Shown here: positions 8,764 through 16,797 of the stretch, piece after piece
How the letters are laid out: the number at the start of each line of letters is the position of its first letter
How positions within the stretch are numbered: the first letter of the stretch is position 1
Origin: a virus
Length of the DNA stretch: 37,615 nt
Strand: one strand, 5' to 3'
IMG/VR virus record: IMGVR_UViG_3300035662_003140
Made by a program: the position numbers and the translations under genes
The notes under the pieces: model-generated
Databases searched by the model: none
The model's input: only the letters and a program-made list of their open reading frames with translations
What the model was told of the DNA's origin: nothing

Positions 8764-10599
8764 ATGTCATCTAACAGACCAGTAATAGATATACGCCAAA
8801 GTTTTAGCTCTATTTACGATGCATTCTATTTTTCTAACGACCCAGAAAAGATGTTAAGGCCAAAAAGGATCCCGGGCAGCAAACATGGACCTTATCAAAT
8901 TGAGTTAAGCGACTTTGGTGCTCAAGCTGGCTCAGTTTCTGGCATGGACTTGTCTCAAGCCCAAAGGATAGCCTTAGAACTAACTGGCGGTCAAGACAGG
9001 CAGCTTACAACTAGAACTGTGAATAGCTTTCTTACAGAGGCTATGTCTGGCATTGAAAGAGAAACTCAAGGCGGTGCACTATCGGCAATGGTTGGTTTTC
9101 GGACGCGCCAAGGGGCATATAAGCGCCATTGATTACAGCAAAAAGACTCGTCCTCTTTCTCTCGTTTTTGGTAATCCTGGTGATGATCCTGGTGGGAACG
9201 CTGGTGGTCACTGGCAATCTGGTAACTTTAAAGTTTGGATAAAAAACCAAAGAGATGCTGCCTACTCAAGGTCTGATCTAGCACGAACTTTAAGACACGA
9301 AACAGGACACGTTGTTTCTGACGCTATCGAGCAAAGCGTAAGAACGCTAGAGTCTGAGATAGGTAGAGGAAAAGCTGGCCCAGATTTTACTTTTTTTGAT
9401 TCTTCTGGAAAAAAGATTGCACCACCGATTGAAGACGAGACATTAAGATATTTTTGGATGAGACAACAAGTATTGTCAACCTATAGAAGAGAAGCAACAA
9501 TGCCAACGCATATAAGCGAAATGATGCTAAGGGCAATGGAGCAAAATGCTCGGCCTGAGCGACCCGGGAGCTCGACATCTAGCGCAACGATTGCCGAATC
9601 AACACAGTAATCTTAGAACTCTAACAGATAATTTATTAGATTTTAAATATTTTGGAGATATAAAAACTTTAAACACTAACCAACAAGCTAACGTGCAAAA
9701 TGTTTTTAGAGTTTTAAGCGAAACAGGCGAAGGAAGCAAAGTCGAAGCATTATTGGCGTCTGTAAGGGAAGAGGCTTTTGCAGACGACTTTGCCGTTATA
9801 ACCGCTCCTAAAATGGATTTACCATTAGTAGCTAATCAAGCTGGTATGCACCTATCTGGAGAAGTAATAGACGGCCCTAATGGCCCACTGTGGAACCCAA
9901 CTGGAGTAGGAAAATTAGGCAGAAACACCGAAGTAGACAACCTTGCTAGAATGTTTATAAACAGTGAAGTAAGGGGCTACGCTGCTGAAACACGGATCGC
10001 AATGGCATCATTATGCTAGATCCCACTTAGGCGACCAAACATTTGATTTGTTAGGAGAAGAACACCAGGCTTCATTAACATCACTTCTAACGGAACACTA
10101 CCAAAATAATAGAACAACAGCTTTATCTACAAGAACACTAGATGCAGATACCCTGCATCTTCCTTCTGTAAGAAAAATACTACAGGCTCAAGGTTATGAT
10201 TCAACAGAAATAGAAAGAGTTATAGGCGGGATGCGTGATATAGCTACCTTCCACAACCAAGAATTTGATGCCGGAAGAATTCCTGTTGGGACAGGTAGAA
10301 GAATGATTCTTTCTGAAGCTGAAAAAGCTGATACTTTGACAAAAAATCCTATGACAAGATTAGCTGCAGGCATACACAGCAGAGGGGCTGGACAACGTCC
10401 TATTATTTCTGTAGGTTCATCAGCCAAGCCCTCTGCTATAGTTTCAGAAACCGCTCAGTCTGCAAAGGTTGCAACTAGAGCAATTGGAGATTCAACTGCC
10501 GGAAGGTCATTTCTTTCTGGAGTAGCTAGCTCGGCAAGTGGTGCAAAAGTTCTACAGCTTGCAAGAAGTGGTAGAAAAATGCTTCAAAGCTTTGCCTAA
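8764..10599 (+). pseudogene. Fragmented gene: one putative ~611-aa protein with an HExxH metallopeptidase-like motif, split over ORFs 8764..9132, 9053..9610, 9546..10019 and 10048..10599
   Basis: Reading frame moves +1 three times (frames 1->2->0->1) and sequence reads coherently across the joins, e.g. ...AETRIAMASL / ARSHLGDQTFDLLGEEHQASL...; 'LARTLRHETGHVVSDAIEQS' contains HETGH. Confidence 0.6.
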
Positions 10600-10605
10600 A
10601 TACTT

Positions 10606-11619
10606 TTAGGGAATCTCTCTCCAAAGCCATTCTGGATTATTCTTTGTCCACTCTACAGTAGACTGAAGAGAAGACTCTAAAGACATTGGTGGCTTCCAAC
10701 CTGCTTCTTGCAGTTTACGCCCATCTAATGCGTATCTTGAATCATGGCCTGGTCTTGTTGTATGGAAATCTTCAAACTCAAATTGTAGTTCTTTGCCCCA
10801 ATACTTTGCCACCAGCTTTGCCATTTCTAGATTATTAATTTCCTTTTCCCCAACTACATTATACTTATCTGGTCTATCAGAATTAGGATATGGAGTTGGC
10901 TCTAAATAATCGAGTATATAGAGTAGCGCATCTGCTTGGTTTCGTGCATGTAGGTAGAATCTAGATCCAATATTGTCTTCTGTCCCGTGGATTGTCATTG
11001 GGATATTCTTTTCTAAACAATACATAATCTTTGGAATAAACTTTTCCGGATCTTGTCTTTCCCCAATTATATTCATAGTATTTGTTATAATTACCGGAAC
11101 CCCAAATGTTCTCCAGTAAGACACGCACACAGCTTCCTGCGCTGCCTTAGAAGCTGAATATGGGTTTGATGGCAGAATGGTATCCCATTCTTTATGGGCA
11201 TAACCCTTTGGAGCCGGCCCGTAAACTTCGTCTGTTGAAACCTGCAAAAATACTGTAGGCTTAAGCTTTCTTGCAAGCTCTAGCATATTAACTATCAAAG
11301 CAACATTATTTGTTATAAATGGAGCTGGGTCAGTGATTGATCTATCAACATGTGAATCTGAAGCCATTGAAATAATATAATCAATATCACCAATCTCTTT
11401 CACCATTACATCTGAAAATGGCACAGTCAAATCATGGGTGATCAACTTTACGCGGTGCTTTTCTGATTCCCAGCATCCTATAGATGTAATTCTATCAGTT
11501 ACACCTCTGTGTCTAAAAGAATCGGTTATTACTATTTCCCAATTTGTAAGCTTTAATAAATGTTCTAAAGTGTGGTGGCCAACGAAACCACCAGCACCAG
11601 TTAATAATACTTTCTTCAT
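10606..11619 (-). CDS. rmlB: dTDP-glucose 4,6-dehydratase-like NAD-dependent SDR
   Basis: 'VLLTGAGGFVGHHTLEHLL', 'STDEVYG', 'NPYSASKAAQEAV', 'FYLHARNQADALLYIL', 'RPGHDSRYALDGRKLQEAGWKP'. Confidence 0.87.
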   Translation of the reverse strand: MKKVLLTGAGGFVGHHTLEHLLKLTNWEIVITDSFRHRGVTDRITSIGCWESEKHRVKLITHDLTVPFSDVMVKEIGDIDYIISMASDSHVDRSITDPAPFITNNVALIVNMLELARKLKPTVFLQVSTDEVYGPAPKGYAHKEWDTILPSNPYSASKAAQEAVCVSYWRTFGVPVIITNTMNIIGERQDPEKFIPKIMYCLEKNIPMTIHGTEDNIGSRFYLHARNQADALLYILDYLEPTPYPNSDRPDKYNVVGEKEINNLEMAKLVAKYWGKELQFEFEDFHTTRPGHDSRYALDGRKLQEAGWKPPMSLESSLQSTVEWTKNNPEWLWREIP

Positions 11620-11671
11620 TCTTTCCTTTTTTTAAATTCAAAAAATATGCTCTACAACATACCATTTGAGA

Positions 11672-11746
<75 letters not shown>

Positions 11747-11752
11747 AGATTA

Positions 11753-11947
11753 TTAATTTGTGTGAGTTTTTTTGATAAAATCTATAGCAATCTTTGCTAC
11801 TTTTTTATCCTTGCCTTCTATTAAAAGAGATAAGTCAACAATTGCATCGGTGATTTTGTTAGATATTCTATGCGCAATTTCGTGCTCAATGCCGTCTGAT
11901 TTTACGGCCTTATATATTTCTCTATATGTTTTTGTGTAGTCCATCAA
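11753..11947 (-). CDS. Small hypothetical protein (64 aa)
   Basis: Charged ORF between the tRNA and the next gene. Confidence 0.55.
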   Translation of the reverse strand: MMDYTKTYREIYKAVKSDGIEHEIAHRISNKITDAIVDLSLLIEGKDKKVAKIAIDFIKKTHTN

Positions 11948-12326
11948 TTTCCTCTTTAGTCGGACGAATCATCTTCGCCTCCACTAGTATACCATCAGTG
12001 AACTTCAAATCGTATTCTAACCAGATAGTTTTTTGTTTTTCAACATTGTCTTCTAATAGTATTAAATTGTATACTCTTAGATGCCCGTGATAATACATCT
12101 TTACTTTTAATGGCTCAACATCGTTAGAGCTTTCCCATATATTGTTGCCGTTTTTGTATAAAAAACCATTATTATCTATAAAATAATTGTCCATCAGGCA
12201 CTCTAGGTCTTTGCATTGAAAGCCGTCTGCATAGATAGCTTGTGATACATATGACTTTATCGGATGCTCTATATATAACGCTATCGGTAGTGGAAAATCT
12301 ATTTCTATCGTGTCAAACATTCCCAT
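11922..12326 (-). CDS. Hypothetical phage protein (134 aa)
   Basis: Intact ORF with coding-like composition. Confidence 0.65.
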   Translation of the reverse strand: MGMFDTIEIDFPLPIALYIEHPIKSYVSQAIYADGFQCKDLECLMDNYFIDNNGFLYKNGNNIWESSNDVEPLKVKMYYHGHLRVYNLILLEDNVEKQKTIWLEYDLKFTDGILVEAKMIRPTKEEIDGLHKNI

Positions 12327-12356
12327 GCAATACTATATCACATTTCGGGGAAAAGC

Positions 12357-12734
12357 CTAGTATCTTCTTTCTTCTTCTTCTTTCCTGTTAAGACTTCGCT
12401 TACTGATAGCCACAGAAGTAGCTAACCCAATTGCTGCTACTCCAGTAGCTGGATGTCTCATCTTTTTAAGAACACTGTTGCCAGATGCTGCTTTTACTCC
12501 ACTTTTTAAGAAATTTTTTACTGCTGATGATGCGCCAGCAGAAGTCGCTGCACTCGCTGCTGAAGTGGTCGCTGCTGATACAACAGCAGTAGCTACGCTA
12601 GGTGGAGCTACGCTTAGCGTAGCCGTTGGTAGTGGCCTAAGTGTATTTAGCTTTTTAGTTTCTTCCATAAAACCTATATCTCTACCAAGTGGAGAAAAAG
12701 GTCTAGGACCAACAGGTTTTGGCGGTCCAATCAT
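12357..12734 (-). CDS. Hypothetical Ala/Ser/Thr-rich protein
   Basis: Intact ORF; low-complexity 'ATAVVSAATTSAASAATSAGASSAVKNFLKSGVKAA'. Confidence 0.5.
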   Translation of the reverse strand: MIGPPKPVGPRPFSPLGRDIGFMEETKKLNTLRPLPTATLSVAPPSVATAVVSAATTSAASAATSAGASSAVKNFLKSGVKAASGNSVLKKMRHPATGVAAIGLATSVAISKRSLNRKEEEERRY

Positions 12735-12849
12735 CTTTCCGCGCTAAAGACCCTGGGCCCTTACGAGGGATGACTCTACCTGCCATCTTTGGCATTGCAA
12801 CTGCACCAATTGAACCCGGAGCTTTAGCCATTTTTTTACCAGACTTTCT

Positions 12850-13341
12850 TTATTTTAAAATACCTGTTATTTCGCAAGATCTATTAAGTATTTTTCCGTC
12901 TGCACTTTCTGGGTCTATACCAGGATAAGGAGATGTATCACCAAGCGATGTGACTTTAATATCTTCAAAAGCTATACCTTTTTCAAGCAAAGAAAACTGC
13001 AAAGCCTTTGCTCTCTTGCCGGAAAGATCATTTCTATTAACTGTTTTACCATCACTAGAAGACCTACAAACGACGTTAAGAGCTGAATAATAGGCACGTG
13101 TGTATTTAGTCACGTAAATCTCTACGCATGCCATACCTTCTTCGAAGACTGGTATATCTTTATCTTTTTGGTAGAAAACAAGACATGGTGGATCTGCGAC
13201 TATTGGTTGCGCAATTGTCGTAGAAGGGTCTACTGTAATTTCTACTGGTTCTGACTTTGGCCAAAAAATGTAAGCTAGAATCATAGACAATACTAAACCT
13301 ACTGAAGTTCTAACTATTATCTTTTTAAAATCAATTTTCAT
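12850..13341 (-). CDS. Membrane-anchored protein with a degenerate OmpA-like C-terminal segment
   Basis: N-terminal TM 'VGLVLSMILAYIFWP'; 'LSGKRAKALQFSLLEKGIAFEDIKVTSLGDTSPYPG...NRSCEI' resembles OmpA-C spacing, weakly. Confidence 0.45.
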   Translation of the reverse strand: MKIDFKKIIVRTSVGLVLSMILAYIFWPKSEPVEITVDPSTTIAQPIVADPPCLVFYQKDKDIPVFEEGMACVEIYVTKYTRAYYSALNVVCRSSSDGKTVNRNDLSGKRAKALQFSLLEKGIAFEDIKVTSLGDTSPYPGIDPESADGKILNRSCEITGILK

Positions 13342-14212
13342 ATTTGTTTTCCTTAATCTGTTTGTTTAAAATATAAAAGTTTTTTCTTGCCTTATCTTCT
13401 TTTTTCTTTGCTGCCTTAATAAAATGGTCGTAAACATCGGTGTACCAATAGGCTATAGCAGATATAACAAGGCCGATGCTGACAGATGCCAAAGAAAGAA
13501 TAAATTTATCAGTCATATCTAGACCTTCTTCAGCATACCTCGCTGAGGTAGACAAGACAGTCAATAGACCAAAAAGGAGTACGTTTATACCTAGGGAGTT
13601 TTTTGCAGTAGATTTGTTGTATATTTCTATTTCTTTTGGATTTGTAGAATTTTTTCGCTTACTGCTTAAAGTCTTGATAGCATAGGATGCCCCCAATTGG
13701 GCGCAGACAAAGGCATAAGAAAACGAGAGTATTATAGCCGATGCCCTTTCGGCTCTTTCAGCCCAAGAATCAGATCCAAACTTGCCGGCGAAAATATCTT
13801 TCCATAATAAGAAATCAAAAACAAGTCCAATCACCACTGAAAACCATATTATCTCTGTGCCATATTCTGACATAGAAGAAGATTGCTTGGACAGCTCTTT
13901 TTCTGTTTCTTCACTATCCGCTTGTGCATCGAGATAATCTTTATGAGCTTTGTCGTATTCCGATAAGATCTCTTTTTTTTCGATTAACTCTACGGAATTA
14001 ATTGATTGTATTTGATCTTTTAAAGTCTCGGTATTATTTCTTAAAGCGGCGTTCTGTTGCTCTAAATCAATAATTTTTTTGTCTAGGCCAGCAACTAGCT
14101 TATCAAACCTTTTTTTATTACGCCTCGAAAGAACAACTTCTTCCGTAGGCTCATCATTCGGCATCTGAATCATCATCTGAGCTATCATCTGCCTGTTTGC
14201 CGACGACGCCAT
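13331..14212 (-). CDS. Coiled-coil multi-pass membrane protein
   Basis: Long charged coiled coil followed by hydrophobic segments 'IIWFSVVIGLVFDFLLW', 'AIILSFSYAFVCAQLGASYAI', 'LGINVLLFGLLTVL', 'FILSLASVSIGLVISAIAYWY'. Confidence 0.7.
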   Translation of the reverse strand: MASSANRQMIAQMMIQMPNDEPTEEVVLSRRNKKRFDKLVAGLDKKIIDLEQQNAALRNNTETLKDQIQSINSVELIEKKEILSEYDKAHKDYLDAQADSEETEKELSKQSSSMSEYGTEIIWFSVVIGLVFDFLLWKDIFAGKFGSDSWAERAERASAIILSFSYAFVCAQLGASYAIKTLSSKRKNSTNPKEIEIYNKSTAKNSLGINVLLFGLLTVLSTSARYAEEGLDMTDKFILSLASVSIGLVISAIAYWYTDVYDHFIKAAKKKEDKARKNFYILNKQIKENKYEN

Positions 14213-14507
14213 CCGGTATAGCTGCTAATCTGCAGTAACCGCCTGGCTCAATTCTTCTTTTAACAATTTTACAAACGTAGTCTGATTCATGTAGCACGCA
14301 GTTTTCGCAGCGTACTCCAATCTCATAATTTTCATTTTCTTCTCTTGGGACATAACCAACCCAAATACCATTTTTGTCTTTATCAGCTAATTTTCCATAT
14401 TTTTTGGCGATACCCAAAAGAGCGTCAGCAAAGTCTTTTTCTGCTGGGCTTAAAGCCGGAAGCTTATCTTCCATTTCTGATAAAAATTTATACATCTGAT
14501 ACTCCAT
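14154..14507 (-). CDS. Small Cys-rich protein with a HiPIP-like four-Cys arrangement
   Basis: 'CENCVLHESDYVCKIVKRRIEPGGYCRLAAIPDGVVG'; acidic tail 'DDSSDDDSDAE'. Confidence 0.55.
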   Translation of the reverse strand: MEYQMYKFLSEMEDKLPALSPAEKDFADALLGIAKKYGKLADKDKNGIWVGYVPREENENYEIGVRCENCVLHESDYVCKIVKRRIEPGGYCRLAAIPDGVVGKQADDSSDDDSDAE

Positions 14508-14561
14508 TTTGATAGTTTTATTTTGTTTATAGTAACGGGTTTACCGCTATTTTGCGTTGGA

Positions 14562-15356
14562 TTATTGTTCTAAGCCATTAATTGGCTTAGAGTGTCCAGC
14601 TTCTACCTTAGTAAATTTTATTTGCCCAGCATTAAAGCCACCCATTGAGCTATATGCGGTACATCTGTTGTCCCATATCACTAGATCTTTTTGTTCCCAA
14701 GTTAAGCTAAATATATTTAACTTATCCTCAAAAAACGTGTCGCGAAGCTTATATATGTGCTTTTGCCATTTATCGTTATCTTTTCCTAAGGTATTTAACC
14801 CGCCGTAAAATATGCTTGGCTTTCCTGTCTCTGGATGTATTCTCCAAGAAGGGTGGCTATCTTGCTGCCCTATATCTTTTCTTTGAAGTGGGAATTTTGC
14901 AAGTCCTTCATCAAGCCATCTAAACTTGATTTTAAGGATAAAGCTCATATCTTCTTCGCTGATCATATTATATACATTCTCAAGATTGACCCATTTTGTT
15001 TCACTCAACCCAGCTGAGTCACCAACGGAATTCATATAAATGCAGCTAATATTGCTGGGCTCTACATCTGAACAATTGTCCGTTTGCCATCTAACTAAGT
15101 AATCATCTTTTGATGGCAGTTTTCCATTTTTTTCTGTAAAATACTCAAAATTATCATCAAAGTTTTTATCGTATATTTTGACATCTTCTTCTTTTGAGAA
15201 TAAAGAGCCAAGAGACTGCGATACAGATTTATCGCCAAAATCAATGTTTTTGAAAACTAGAACTTTATGATTTAAAAGGTCATTATAATAAGAATCGTAT
15301 TTTTCTAAAATATCAGAAAAACTTACGTTATTGTATGTCTTGCCAAAACTGTTCAT
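14562..15356 (-). CDS. TauD/TfdA-like dioxygenase-fold protein with apparently substituted Fe ligands
   Basis: 'VRWQTDN' (family usually WHxD), 'SHPSWRIHPETGKPSIFYG', 'DLVIWDNRCTAY' (family usually DNRxxxH). Confidence 0.75.
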   Translation of the reverse strand: MNSFGKTYNNVSFSDILEKYDSYYNDLLNHKVLVFKNIDFGDKSVSQSLGSLFSKEEDVKIYDKNFDDNFEYFTEKNGKLPSKDDYLVRWQTDNCSDVEPSNISCIYMNSVGDSAGLSETKWVNLENVYNMISEEDMSFILKIKFRWLDEGLAKFPLQRKDIGQQDSHPSWRIHPETGKPSIFYGGLNTLGKDNDKWQKHIYKLRDTFFEDKLNIFSLTWEQKDLVIWDNRCTAYSSMGGFNAGQIKFTKVEAGHSKPINGLEQ

Positions 15357-15490
15357 TCTACCAATTCTTTCTGTGCGAAATAATTACTTTAAAACCTATA
15401 CAGACAAAAAAAGTGGAAAAAATTTTTTAGCCCAAAAGCAAATTTGAGTAAAACTTAAATTTACGAAATAGTTTTAAGACTTATATTATA

Positions 15491-16093
15491 TCACGAGTAT
15501 TGAATTGAGTTCCATTTTTCTACCTTCCAAAAGGTAGTCGTAGCATAACGGTTGCCTGAAGTCACCTCGTTAACGCCGTGGGCATAGTTACCCCCTGCAG
15601 GGAAATAGATCATCATGCCAGCCTTAGGCGTAAAAGACAGATCGTACTGGCTAAAGAAAAGCTCCCCACCAGTATAATCATCGTTGTAATACATCGAGGT
15701 ACTTAAGTCTCTCCATGATTCACAAATCTTATCCGCATGCTCGTTCAAGTTTTGCCCAGTGGCATACTTAGTCAAGCTAGCTATTTCAGATCTAGCCACG
15801 CTGCAATCAAAAGTTTCTTCTAGGATAAGGGCAGCTTTATCCCTATAGGCTTGCATCAGGGTTGCTACTTCACCACTGAAATGAAGTGCCGCAAGAGGGA
15901 ATTCATGCACGCCGTAGTCGCTGAGCTCAAAGTCGGCATTTTCTATATAGTTTCTTAAAGTAACTATATCTTCAGGAGATATAAAGTTCTCAAGAACATA
16001 GATATTTTTAACATCTTCTGGGTCAATTTCTAGGTCTTCTGAGCCCTCATAAATGTATCCACTTTTATTTTTCATCCTTAAATGATAGCACAA
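15491..16093 (-). CDS. Fe(II)/2OG dioxygenase, prolyl-4-hydroxylase-like
   Basis: 'NEHADK' HxD, 'MYYNDDYTGGELFF', 'PKAGMMIYFPAGGNYAHGVNEVTSGNRYATTTFW'. Confidence 0.87.
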   Translation of the reverse strand: MCYHLRMKNKSGYIYEGSEDLEIDPEDVKNIYVLENFISPEDIVTLRNYIENADFELSDYGVHEFPLAALHFSGEVATLMQAYRDKAALILEETFDCSVARSEIASLTKYATGQNLNEHADKICESWRDLSTSMYYNDDYTGGELFFSQYDLSFTPKAGMMIYFPAGGNYAHGVNEVTSGNRYATTTFWKVEKWNSIQYS

Positions 16094-16158
16094 GTGTTTT
16101 CTTTTTGCACACCTGTTTACTATTAAACATAACTTTAATCAAAATACGGAGGTGCGTT

Positions 16159-16356
16159 ATGGCAGCGAAGAAGCCAAACAAGGTAAATTCTGGAACAGCG
16201 ACAAAAGAAGCAGAGCGTCTAGGTAAAGCTACTATGTATATAGGCTACAAAACAGCCGGCTTTACCTGTCCAACTTGTAATAGGAACTTGATTAAAGGTA
16301 TAATATATGAGCACAACTCTGAAATGTATTGCTCAAGAGGCTGCATAGCTAAGTAA
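16159..16356 (+). CDS. Small zinc-finger-like protein (65 aa)
   Basis: 'FTCPTCNRNLIKGIIYEHNSEMYCSRGC'; GGAGG Shine-Dalgarno-like sequence just before ATG 16159. Confidence 0.65.
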   Translation: MAAKKPNKVNSGTATKEAERLGKATMYIGYKTAGFTCPTCNRNLIKGIIYEHNSEMYCSRGCIAK

Positions 16357-16374
16357 AGAATAAAGGTAAGAGAA

Positions 16375-16515
16375 ATGAACGACCCAAAATTAGAAAATGA
16401 TTTATTTATTCAAATAGACGAGTCAATTGACCCTAAGTCTTTAGAAGAAAGATTGAAAGATCTTTGGAAAAAAGAAGAAGAATTTATGGATTCAATAAAG
16501 GAAGAATACAAGTAA
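16375..16515 (+). CDS. Small hypothetical protein (46 aa)
   Basis: ATG..TAA ORF MNDPKLENDLFIQIDESIDPKSLEERLKDLWKKEEEFMDSIKEEYK, directly downstream of the previous + strand gene; below the supplied track's length cutoff. Confidence 0.5.
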   Translation: MNDPKLENDLFIQIDESIDPKSLEERLKDLWKKEEEFMDSIKEEYK

Positions 16516-16521
16516 ATTCTA

Positions 16522-16797
16522 TTATGAATCGCTAGATGCTTTTCTTGATTTCTTATCTACGCTATTAAATACTTCATTAATTTCTCTAGTGGACAATTTT
16601 CCATCATCTAAGAATGCCCTTGACAATCCTTCTATAACAACCGCAACACCGGCAATGCCAGCCATTAGCACAGCTTTGACAAGTGGAACCCCAGCTATAC
16701 TTCCTGCTCCAATGACTCCAAGACCGGAAGCTGCAAATGTAGCAATGATTCTTAAGATGATATTTTTTATTTGTGACATGCCCTTATCCTCTTCCAT
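16522..16797 (-). CDS. Holin-like small membrane protein
   Basis: Two hydrophobic stretches 'IILRIIATFAASGLGVIGAGSIAG', 'AVLMAGIAGVAVVIEGLSRAFL' then charged tail; likely start at internal MSQIKN. Confidence 0.45.
   Translation of the reverse strand: MEEDKGMSQIKNIILRIIATFAASGLGVIGAGSIAGVPLVKAVLMAGIAGVAVVIEGLSRAFLDDGKLSTREINEVFNSVDKKSRKASSDS

Noticed and set aside
8764-10599. Programmed frameshifting as the primary explanation for the broken metallopeptidase-like gene
   Set aside because: Three separate shifts in one gene with no shared slippery motif; indel decay or sequence error is more likely until reads are checked.
12719-12928. + strand ORF 12719..12928
   Set aside because: It overlaps the end of a - strand ORF, has no start context or motifs, and sits in a gap between - strand genes.
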